A stretch of DNA of 32,023 nt, taken from assembly GCA_002269645.1 (NCBI GenBank), contig NIVC01004899.1:1-32023 (forward strand), given 5' to 3'. Below the pieces are notes generated by a model. It saw only the letters and a program-made list of their open reading frames with translations. It did not search any database and was not told the DNA's origin. Below are positions 22,385 to 32,023 of the stretch, one piece after another. Origin of the DNA: Macrostomum lignano. Taxonomy: Eukaryota. Positions within the stretch are counted from its first letter, which is position 1; every line of letters begins with the position of its first letter. The translations under genes were made by a program, and so were the position numbers.

Positions 22385-22670
22385 TCTGTTACACATTTTG
22401 TTACACAGTCATTAAGCTAATAATGATAGAATAGATTTAAAAAACCAATGAGTCGAGCTTTGCCATTTTATGATTTTTAAGGTACAGTAAAGTGCGGTTG
22501 TACGTAGCTCGTAGAATATAAAATTGACATTGAAATCTAATTTTATCAATAAAAGTTTCCTGAATAATAGGGCTATCAAAAGATAAACATTGGGTCTCCT
22601 TTAGATCAAAAGCAATAACAATTTTTGTGCTGAAAATTGGAAACCTCTTATCTCCGTAAGGTATTTCCAC
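22385..22670 (+). mobile_element. Diverged partial copy of the 4635-5242 foldback element (right arm)
   Basis: Shares TCTGTTACACA.TTGTTACACAGTC, AAAACCAATGAG, TATCAAAAGAT.AACATTGGGTCT and AAAGCAATAACAATTTTTGTGCTGAAAA with 4923-5200. Confidence 0.7.
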
Positions 22671-22855
22671 ATATTATTATTATTAAACGTATTTCCTTAT
22701 CGGACAGAATCGCGATCTAGGTAAAAATCCTATCGTATATCGAGTTTCATTTTGTTTTTGTTTCAGTCAGAACAAACTTTCATTAATAAGCCATCACTCT
22801 AAAAGAGAAGAAAAATGATGCGAGTTACACACAATTTTAATCCGCAATTCGGCAG

Positions 22856-23013
22856 CTATATAAACGGCTTCTCGCAGATGCAGTTGTACAGGTCCGCACA
22901 GGGCCTGACAAGCAAGCTGGAGTTCCAGCTGTCCATTGGCGTAGCAACGCGCAGGGCGAAGCAGTCGCCTCCCGGTTCTGTGCCGTTGTTCACCCAGAAT
23001 ACCTGGTTCTGCT
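22856..23013 (-). CDS. Secreted PAN + multi-CTLD protein, exon 6 (last): QNQVFWVNNGTEPGGDC...SWNSSLLVRPCADLYNCICEKPFI*
   Basis: Not in the ORF track. Acceptor attatcag| at 23015-23014, phase 1 matches exon 5. C-type lectin C-terminal pattern W..N..EP..C..W..C..ICEK. TAG at 22858-22856. Confidence 0.8.
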
Positions 23014-23289
23014 CTGATAATTGAACGGGATGCTGATTTTTTATTCAATGCAAGTGAGATTCTGCTCATGGAGTATGCATGCCATTAATAGAACGCGATT
23101 GCATCAGATTCGTTTGGTAATATTCTATGCAAATTCTAAGCTGGTTTGTGTTGGATTCAAATAATAAGGTTGTACTGGAAGCGGGAAAACGTGAAAGTGC
23201 AGTTTGTTCTCTGAACGAATTTCTTGCGGTATAATAATGATAATATTTAATTACACCTGCCCCATTTGGGCCAGATGTGCAATCGAAAG

Positions 23290-23520
23290 CTCAGCCGCAG
23301 CAATCGCGCGCCACATCTGGAAGGCTGCATACGGCTGTTCAGTCCAAGCACTGGGGATCGCCACACAACCCTTAATTACCCCAGCTAATGCTGGCACCCA
23401 TTTTACAGCTGGGTGAACTGATGCAATGCAGAGTTAAGAGTCTTGTTCAAGGACACAATTGTTCCAATGGGATCGGGAACCGAACCCCGACCGTCAAGTC
23501 GTGAGTGGTGAGTTAAATGA
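23290..23520 (-). mobile_element. CORE-SINE remnant in the lectin-gene intron
   Basis: CCCATTTTACAGCTGGGTGAACTGATGCAATGCAGAGTTAAGAGTCTTGTTCAAGGACAC resembles the reverse CORE domain (cccattttacagatgaggaaactgaggc..ttaagtgacttgcccaaggtcac). It is followed by a reverse B-box-like GGGAACCGAACC. Confidence 0.6.
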
Positions 23521-23686
23521 AGTCTTACGAGTACCAAGGAGAGTCTTGGTTTGAGAAAATCAATCTAGAGAAACTACATTGCAGAGATTAGGAAGAATGG
23601 CATTTTTCCTGAATTTAAATCGATAAACTGATGAAGCTACCTCGGACCGAACACATGCCAGCTTCATGTTGACTCCCCTGACTCAC

Positions 23687-24281
23687 TTCCATTGATGAGT
23701 ATGACATCCCGGACCTGGCCGTACTTCTCCTGCGACTCCAGCTGGACAAGCGAGCCGCCGCCCAGCCCGTTGCAGTTGGTCGCGCAGGCCGCCTGACTCG
23801 CCTCGGTCGTCTGCAGCGCCACGCACGAATTGCTTGACGAAGCGTAGTTTAAGTAGTTGAGCGAACTCGGGCACACCTCGGCGTCGCTCCGACAGATGAC
23901 TGGTCGATCGGCGCTCGAGTTGCCTTTGAACGGGCTGCCAGTCCGGTTCATGTAGTAGCCGCCGCTGCCCGACACCGTGATGGTGATGGGATCGCCATTG
24001 GTGCTGGTGAGACTCTCCCCCGGATTTGAAGTCCACATCCAGGCCTCCCAGCTGGTGCCGACAGAGCCCATGATGCTGAATATGTAGTTCTTAGCTTTAT
24101 TGTAGTCGGCGTCAATCAGCGCTGGTTTGTACTTGCCGCCGCTGCTGTCGCAGGCCGCATTTGGATCAGTTGTAGTGCTCAAGCTCTTACTGCTGCCAGT
24201 GTGGTAGTAGCACAGGTTGCCTACAGTGCGGACCAGCTGTGCGTCGCTTGGCGGCTGACTGGACAGCGGACAGATGTCCGT
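23687..24281 (-). CDS. Secreted PAN + multi-CTLD protein, exon 5 (CTLD3 and the N-terminal half of CTLD4)
   Basis: Acceptor ccattcag|ACG at 24283-24282 and donor GGAA|GTGAGT at 23686 give 595 nt, phase 0 to 1. Motifs ICP..CYY..AC..PA..WMW..VICR and VCP..SCV..CATNC..GSLVQLES. Confidence 0.85.
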
Positions 24282-24552
24282 CTGAATGGCGGTGAGTTGT
24301 TTCATGGCTACTATTGAGTTAATCTTTGAAAATTACAGCTCAGACCCGATATGAGGTAATTGAGCGCGAGATTTGATTAAATCACTCTGCAACAACTTAA
24401 ACTACGCTCATATTTTGCACGAATGCCATATAATGTACGGGATCGTGAAAAACTCATGACTCCAGCATTTTTGCATGCACCTTTATATGCTTCACGAATC
24501 ATGGGTAACTGAATTGAAAGTGTACTGACACTAGATTATCGTAGAAGTTATT

Positions 24553-25534
24553 TTCTTTATCCACTTAATTGGCTTTTTAACACTTAATTTGCTTTTTATC
24601 CACTTGATTGGCTTTTTATCCACTTGATTGGCTTTTTATCCACTTGATTGGCTTTTTATCCACTTGATTGGCTTTTTATCCACTTTATTGGCTTTTTATC
24701 CACTTGATTGGCTTTTTATCCACTTGATTGGCTTTTTATCCACTTTATTGGCTTTTTATCCACTTGATTGGCTTTTTATCCACTTGATTGGCTTTTTATC
24801 CACTTGATTGGCTTTTTATCCACTTGATTGGCTTTTTATCCACTTGATTGGCTTTTTATCCACTTGATTGGCTTTTTATCCACTTGATTGCTTTTTATCC
24901 ACTTGATTGCTTTTTATCCACTTGATTGGCTTTTTATCCACTTGATTGGCTTTTTATCCACTTGATTGGCTTTTTATCCACTTGATTGGCTTTTTATCCA
25001 CTTGATTGGCTTTTTATCCACTTGATTGGCTTTTTATCCACTTGATTGGCTTTTTATCCACTTGATTGGCTTTTTATCCACTTGATTGGCTTTTTATCCA
25101 CTTTATTGGCTTTTTATCCACTTTATTGGCTTTTTATCCACTTGATTGGCTTTTTATCCACTTGATTGGCTTTTTATCCACTTGATTGGCTTTTTATCCA
25201 CTTGATTGGCTTTTTATCCACTTGATTGGCTTTTTATCCACTTGATTGGCTTTTTATCCACTTGATTGGCTTTTTATCCACTTGATTGGCTTTTTATCCA
25301 CTTGATTGGCTTTTTATCCACTTGATTGCTTTTTATCCACTTGATTGCTTTTTATCCACTTGATTGGCTTTTTATCCACTTGATTGGCTTTTTATCCACT
25401 TGATTGGCTTTTTATCCACTTGATTGGCTTTTTATCCACTTGATTGGCTTTTTATCCACTTGATTGGCTTTTTATCCACTTGATTGGCTTTTTATCCACT
25501 TGATTGGCTTTTTATCTACTTGGTTGGCTTTTTA
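24553..25534. repeat. 20-nt minisatellite, about 48-49 copies, intronic
   Basis: Unit TTTTATCCACTTGATTGGCT, with a few 19-nt and G>T variant units. Confidence 0.98.
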
Positions 25535-25755
25535 GCCGAGAGCAGTTTTGTGACAGTGGCTGCTGCTGCAGCGAACAGGGATTCTCCGCTTGGTTATAAA
25601 CTTCACTGACCACAACAGCATTTGTTTTCCTAGTTGTATGCTAAATTAGACGCTTTCTGTGCATGTAAATACGATACGAAAGACAATTTATTCGCACGAA
25701 AGTTTCCAAGCACTAAAGAGCATCCCAAAGATGAACAACATCAGTCATGCCTCAC

Positions 25756-25967
25756 CACTATTCCGTGCGACTGAGAAGATCCGCCTGATGATCCTCCGTT
25801 GTTAAACCCGTACGTACAGACTTGGCGCAAATTCGAATTGCAATCCACCGAAGAAGCCGCCATGCTGATGCTGTCAGCTGTTGAATTGATTGTCAAAGCG
25901 ATGCAGCCGGACAGTCCGCCAGGCAGGTAGCCTCCGGTGCTGGAGATCCAGACGGGCTGGCCGAGCC
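25756..25967 (-). CDS. Secreted PAN + multi-CTLD protein, exon 4 ((W)LGQPVWISS..GCIALT..DCNSNLRQVCTY + G/S linker)
   Basis: Acceptor ctcccctatgcag| at 25969-25968 and donor GTG|GTGAGG at 25755 give 212 nt, phase 1 to 0. Confidence 0.75.
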
Positions 25968-26165
25968 CTGCATAGGGGAGGCAAAGCAGTGAATATTGGT
26001 CTAAGGATTGTCTTGCAATGTTCGACCATGAAGACCAACCCCAAGGCTCAGATAATGTCCTCATGTACACTGTGTGTACATGATCAGTGATCAGTGATCA
26101 AACACGACTCAATTCTTAAGGGTGATCTTCGTGGGTCATTATACATTAGTCAGAGCTGCACCTAC

Positions 26166-26415
26166 ATCCGCGCTGGACAATGCCATCCTTGATGTGCTGA
26201 AACGCGTCGCTGGACTCCATAGAAGCCATCTGGCTGCCCGTGCAGGAGTTGCTTTTGGTCACTTGGCTCGAGTTGAAATGATACCAGAGCAGTCCTGAGG
26301 ATCCAATTTGGATAATTACAAAGTCAGCTGGGCTGGCGCCTGGGAAGCAGAGTGTTCGCTGGCAGATGGGGAACAGGTTGCGGGCATTGACGCCGTCTGT
26401 GTCGCAAGGGCTCAA
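26166..26415 (-). CDS. Secreted PAN + multi-CTLD protein, exon 3 (LSPC..NLFPICQRTLCFP..)
   Basis: Acceptor ttcacttcag| at 26417-26416 and donor GGAT|GTAGGT at 26165 give 250 nt, phase 0 to 1. Confidence 0.75.
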
Positions 26416-26467
26416 CTGAAGTGAAAGTAAAGTACTCTGTCAGTTCGTTTATTTATTTGTTGTTTGC

Positions 26468-26880
<413 letters not shown>

Positions 26881-26907
26881 GAGAAATCAGGAGACGCAGG
26901 TGCTAAC

Positions 26908-27198
26908 CGGAACCAGGCTGTTGTTGGCAACTCTAAAGGCGCACTTCACCGATCCATTGCGACTGTCCTGGGCCCAGAATTCTGCGATCGGGTTTCCAAT
27001 GTCGCTCAGGTAATTCACATACTTCACCAGCTGGGTCTCGGCGTCGGAGTCCTTCACATCGAACAGTTGGCCGTTTGTTCCGCATGGTGACCAGTTCGTC
27101 ACAGCCGTGATATTGATGTTGGCGTCGTTCTTCCTATAGAAGCACTTGTTGACGTACACTACCGGCTTCCAGGGATCTGATATTTCCGGACAGATGGT
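26908..27198 (-). CDS. Secreted PAN + multi-CTLD protein, exon 2 ([34 protein letters not shown])
   Basis: Acceptor acgttgcag| at 27200-27199 and donor CCG|GTTAGC at 26907 give 291 nt, phase 0 to 0. CTLD N-terminal pattern CP..W..CF..C..L..FW. Confidence 0.8.
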
Positions 27199-27565
27199 CT
27201 GCAACGTAATTTTTTCTGATTTTTTGCAGCCAAGCATGAGCCTCTACAATACGTAAATTTTAGTATCGTGCTCTAGGTAAACTATTTGGATTGACTACTC
27301 TAATTATTGTCCAATACGTTCGTAAAACGCTTTGCAGTGAATTTTTGCTTGGTTGTTAGCTCAGTGTTCAATTTTATTTGAAATTAACTCGCGGTCGCGG
27401 CGGTAGTTGCTATGAAGGGCGACGCAAGCAGCCTATTCACTGCGTACTAACCGCGGTCAGGTCTGCTTAACTTTAGACTTACTGGTCTAGTAGCGACGCA
27501 TAGATCGGGTAACTTGACACAGAATAAACAATAAACGCATAAACCAAAACTGATCGGCCGCTCAC

Positions 27566-27949
27566 CGCATTCCAGCCGTTGTCAGAGTTGCCAGTCGAGC
27601 CGCTACCCCGCGATCCGCCCCCGGACGCTTCCATGTCCCAGCGCTCGCAGTTGGTCCGGCAGCAGGGCGTCGAGCTGGAGTTCACCTTGACGCACTCGCA
27701 GTCCAAGGATCCAGCCGCCATCCCCGGCAGCATCTGGACGGCGTTGAATTCCTTCTTGGACTTCACGCATTCGACAATGCAGGACAGGCGAGTCGGCTTC
27801 CCAAGGAATCTGGCGAACGCGGCCGACTGCTGCAAGCAGGCGTCTCGGCGCAGCTTGAACACCGCTGAGCCCGACTTTGAGCTGGCCAGGCCGATGAGGG
27901 AGGCCGCTGACAGGTAGCTCAGCAGCAGCAGCTGGAGTTGGATCCCCAT
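27566..27949 (-). CDS. Secreted PAN + multi-CTLD protein, exon 1 (signal peptide, PAN/apple-like domain, G/S linker)
   Basis: ATG at 27949 begins MGIQLQLLLLSYLSAASLIGLASS. Then C..SCIVECVK..FNAV..CEC, and donor GCG|GTGAGC at 27565. The six exons total 1890 nt (629 aa plus stop) with all phases compatible. Confidence 0.8.
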
Positions 27950-28011
27950 TGAGATTGACGCTCTAGGGCTTGATCTGATGATCAGGGGGAGGGCAGCGAA
28001 ATCGAGGGTAA

Positions 28012-28842
28012 CGAATCGAAACAAGGGCAACTCATCAAATGGAGGGCAACGCATCAAATGGAGGGCAACGCATCAAATGGAGGGCAACGCATCAAATGGA
28101 GGGCAACGCATCAAATGGAGGACAACTCATCAAATGGAGGGCAACGCATCAAATGGAGGGCAACTCATCAAATGGAGGGCAACGCATCAAATGGAGGGCA
28201 ACGAATCTAAGGGAGGGCAACTCATCAAATGGAGGGCAACGAATCTAATGGAGGGCAACGCATCAAATGGAGGGCAACGAATCTAAGGGAGGGTAACGAA
28301 TCTAATGGAGGGCAACGCATCAAATGGAGGGCAACGAATCTAAGGAGGGTAACGAATCTAATGGAGGGTAACGATCTAAGGGAGGGTAACGAATCTAAGG
28401 GAGGGTAACGATCTAAGGGATGGGAACGAATCTAATGGAGGGTAACGAATCTAAGGGAGGGTAACGAATCTAAGGGAGGGTAACGATCTAAGGGATGGGA
28501 ACGAATCTAAGGGAGGGTAACGAATCTAAGGGAGGGTAACGAATCTAAGGGAGGGTAACGATCTAAGGGATGGGAACGAATCTAAGGGAGGGTAACTAAT
28601 CTAATGGAGGGTTACGAATCTAAGGGAGGGTAACGAATCTAAGGAGGGTAACGAATCTAAGGGAGGGTAACGAATCTAAGGGAGGGTAACGATCTAAGGG
28701 ATGGGAACGAATCTAAGGGAGGGTAACGAATCTAAGGGAGGGTTACGAATCTAAGGAGGGTAACGAATCTAAGGGAGGGTAACGAATCTAAGGGAGGGTA
28801 ACTAATCTAAGGGAGGGTAACTAATCTAATGGAGAGTAACGA
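28012..28842. repeat. About 19-nt minisatellite (about 43 units) with polar sequence drift
   Basis: Left units are GAGGGCAACGCATCAAATG and right units are GAGGGTAACGAATCTAAGG. Confidence 0.95.
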
Positions 28843-29491
28843 CACAACAAAAATAGACTCTCAACCATGAGGGGTCGATCTTACCAAGTTGCGCGATGTC
28901 CCCTTCGTTCCAAACAGTCTCTCCAGTGTTTCCCAACTGACGGAGCTGCATCAGTGACAGCTCAAATACGAATTATACGAATTCACATTGGGTGAAGTTT
29001 TGTCATGGTAACATTTTCTATACACTAATTTCACTCTCAGTTGCTACGGGTTACTACGCTCGTAAAGTAGGGAACAATGGTAGACCATAAATTAGATTAA
29101 GCACGGACGTGCCAAGTACCAATCGCCAACAGCCTTTGATGATGCTTAACCAGCCTGGTTTGCTCTGTGAAAGGATAATTTCATTAATTACTATTGTCTT
29201 GCTGGGCAGAAAAGTTTCAGGTGCAGGAAATCTCAATTATGAAAGAGTGTCCCTTTCGCATTGTCCATTGACCAATCTTGTCACGCAATTCCTAATTAAG
29301 AGTCGTGTACTCTAATGAAGGTTCAGAGCGCGGCTGCGACACTTCAGGACTGGTAGTACCGCAGACTGAGGCATTGCCTGACCGACAGTCAGAAGGTGGT
29401 CAAGAACAATAAGTTGCTGGGCCGGCAAATTTATGTTCCAATGGCCTTAAATTACTTCAAGTATTTGTTTTCTTTGTTTCAATTCGGTTCC

Positions 29492-29945
29492 TAGCTCTTC
29501 CCTGCCCCTTGCTCTTCCCTGTCCCTTGCTCTTCCCTGTCCCTTGCTCTTCCCTGCCCCTTGCTCTTCCCTGCCCCTTGCTCTTCCCTGCCCCTTGCTCT
29601 TCCCTGCCCCTTGCTCTTCCCTGTCCCTTGCTCTTCCCTGTCCCTTGCTCTTCCCTGTCCCTTGCTCTTCCCTGCCCCTTGCTCTTCCCTGTCCCTTGCT
29701 CTTCCCTGCCCCTTGCTCTTCCCTGCCCCTTGCTCTTCCCTGCCCCTTGCTCTTCCCTGCCCCTTGCTCTTCCTGCCCCTTACTCTTCCCTGTCCCTTGC
29801 TCTTCCCTGTCCCTTGCTCTTCCCTGTCCCTTGCTCTTCCCTGCCCCTTGCTCTTCCCTGCCCCTTGCTCTTCCCTGCCCCTTGCTCTTCCCTGTCCCTT
29901 GCTCTTCCCTGTCCCTTGCTCTTCCCTGCCCCTTGCTCTTCCCTT
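29492..29945. repeat. 17-nt pyrimidine-rich minisatellite (about 27 units)
   Basis: Unit CCCTTGCTCTTCCCTG(C/T). Confidence 0.97.
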
Positions 29946-30643
29946 TGACGCTAGGGGAAGGACTTTACGCTAATAGTATTACTAACAGTAGTCATTTAAG
30001 AAAAGTATATAGATGAATTCATGAATTAAAAATGTCCAAGAGGATAGTTGAAACAATACTGCGGCCTGCAGTACTGTGGAAAAGTTCTTTTCCAAAGTCT
30101 TCCAGCGCTCCCCCCTCTATTGAAAATTGAGCAGAGTGGCAGCATCGCAGCGATGGCGGGCCGGTGCGCGGGAGACAAAAGCGGAGGACTGCAGGTTGCT
30201 ACAATTCGCATGCACGCCATCCTGCCGTCTTCTTTGCTTCTTCTTCTTCTATGGGCCGTAGCAGGACAATGGCCAATGATGGGGCCGTTGCTGCTGCTGC
30301 TGCTGCTGTGGTTCTTGCAGATGCTTAGGGAGAAAGAAGGGAGGATTAACTCCCCCTGCCGTCGTCAGGTTCCCTCATTTAGAAATTGCTAATATTGTTT
30401 AAAAGCCGCACCATTGTTCGGGAGTAGCTTCAGAGTCCTACACAGAAACAGCTGTAGCGCCTCACTCAGCTTGGGTAAGTCAGTGTTTGGCACTTTCAAA
30501 TCGTTTGGGCTATTCATTGGAATTCAAGTATTAAAAATTTCTGCAGTATTTTGTTTTGCAAATCGGTTTTGTGCTCGACGCTTTGTTGGATGCAATGAAC
30601 TAAGAATAACAAAATCACTGGAAAATGCAATAAAAACTCAAAC

Positions 30644-30897
30644 TGCAGTAGCAGCGCAACAACACATTGACCAAGTGCAGTAGCAACGCAACAAGCACAT
30701 TGACCAAGTGCAGTAGCAACGCAACAACACATTGACCAAGTGCAGTAGCAACGCAACAACACATTGACCAAGTGCAGTAGCAACGCAACAACACATTGAC
30801 CAAGTGCAGTAGCAACGCAACAACACATTGACCAAGTGCAGTAGCAACGCAACAACACATTGACCAAATGCAGTAGCAACGCAACAGCTCATTGACA
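30644..30897. repeat. 32-nt minisatellite (about 8 units)
   Basis: Unit GCAGTAGCAACGCAACAACACATTGACCAAGT. Confidence 0.95.
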
Positions 30898-30962
30898 AAA
30901 GAACAGCAAATGAGCAAAATTGCAAAATCAACATTGCTTCACCACTCGCTCTTCTTGTGCAG

Positions 30963-31565
30963 CTCCGCCACGAGATGTACTCAAACAGCGGCTTCGAGGC
31001 TGACACCTTCGGCGAGTTCGGCGGTAAGACGTCGGCCGGCTTCGATGTCAGGCGCGACGGTGGCTTCCGCACCACGGCGCTAAACGGCGAATTTGGCGGC
31101 TTCGAACCGGCCGGCAAGAAGCCGGAACTGGAAGTCCAAGAGGAAGACGAAGAGCAGCAGCAGCAGAAGAAGAGCAAGATGAACCGGTGCATGAAGCGCT
31201 TCTCTTCCATAATGCTGTCCCACCTGGGCACATTTCTCATTGTGGTGCTCTACACCCTCATGGGCGGCTTCCTGTTCCAATACTTGGAGGTCGAGAACGA
31301 GATCTCGGGCTGCCAGACCAAGTCTGAAAAGTTCATTGCCAAACTGGACGAGTCGGTTGACCAAATCTACAACATAGCGCAGGGCACCAACGCTACTCAA
31401 GCCAAGTCAGCCATTCAGGAAGAGTTGAACCAGTTCGCGCAGGACACGTACACCCTGGGGGTGGATCCGTCTATGAACTGCCACTACTCTGAAGACGGGA
31501 GAGAGCATGCCTAGCTGGAATGTGGCCAACGCGGCGTACTTCTGCGTCACCATCATTACACGATT
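30963..31565 (+). CDS. Two-pore-domain (K2P/TWK-type) potassium channel, exon with M1 helix, cap and pore helix 1; carries two compensating indels
   Basis: Acceptor ctcttcttgtgcag| at 30961-30962, ATG at 30975. M1 is SHLGTFLIVVLYTLMGGFLFQYLE, and the cap has two Cys. After a +1 shift near 31497 it reads SWNVANAAYFCVTIIT, then (T)TI|GTGAGT at 31566, heading into the TTIG filter. The rest of the gene lies beyond the window. Confidence 0.85.
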
Positions 31566-31689
31566 GTGAGTGGCAGCCAGTGTCGACGTGGACCTGGGAA
31601 GAATCCGAATATGTTAATATGTTTTGTTAATACCGTCAGGAGAGTTCTTGTATCAGTTCAGTATGACAGGGGAAGAGCTAAGGGCAGAG

Positions 31690-32023
31690 CATGAGTGACA
31701 GTTCCACAAATAGGATATCGCAAATAGGAGAGTGGACAGTACGTAAATAGGAGAGTGACAGTACGCAAATAGGAGAGTGACAGCAGTACCGCAAATAGAA
31801 GAGTGACAGTACCGCAAATAGGAGAGTGACAGTACCGCAAATAGGAGAGGGACAGTACCGCAAAGAGGAGAGTGACAGTACCGCAAATAGAAGAGTGACA
31901 GTACCGCAAATAGGAGAGTGACAGTACCGCAAATAGGAGAGTGACAGTACCGCAAATAGGAGAGTGACAGCAGTATCGCAAATTGGAGACTGACAGTACC
32001 GCAAAAATAGGAGAGTGACAGTA
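31690..32023. repeat. About 23-nt minisatellite in the K2P intron, running off the window
   Basis: Unit GACAGTACCGCAAATAGGAGAGT with indel variants. Confidence 0.95.

Noticed and set aside
24553-25534. DnaA-box-like TTATCCAC(T) repeats suggesting a bacterial origin
   Set aside because: The match is 8/9 only, and the array sits in a spliceosomal intron of a metazoan gene with no bacterial context.
30048-30392. 114-aa ORF with Leu runs as a possible first K2P exon
   Set aside because: The hydrophobicity comes from CTT/CTG trinucleotide runs, and the only donor candidate (CAG|GTTCCC) is poor.
27978-32004. ORFs at 27978-28286, 29509-30016, 30514-30917 and 31653-32004
   Set aside because: They are translations of minisatellites.

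Overview
Eukaryotic (metazoan) genomic DNA with GC-rich exons, AT-rich introns and intergenic DNA, and many tandem repeats and transposon remnants. A free-living flatworm such as Macrostomum would fit, but that is inference. Genes supported by the sequence: (1) one MORN1-like exon at the left edge (-); (2) a small Shisa-like Cys-rich single-pass membrane protein split by a -1 frameshift (-); (3) an intronless neuropeptide prohormone encoding 16 x (A/D)(M/V)YSGLL-amide plus SIFSGVL-amide (+); (4) SF3B1 (-), with 4 exons mapped, its 5' end not found, and candidate poison/cassette exons in one intron; (5) a six-exon secreted protein of about 629 aa with a PAN/apple-like domain and four degenerate C-type lectin domains (-); (6) the first pore-region exon of a K2P potassium channel with two compensating indels (+). 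Mobile DNA includes a decayed mariner, several MITEs (two with 8-bp TSDs), tRNA-derived and CORE SINEs, and an RTE-like LINE remnant. There are about ten tandem arrays and no CRISPR or prokaryotic features. All splice sites and alignments were done by eye, and family comparisons are from memory, not from database searches.
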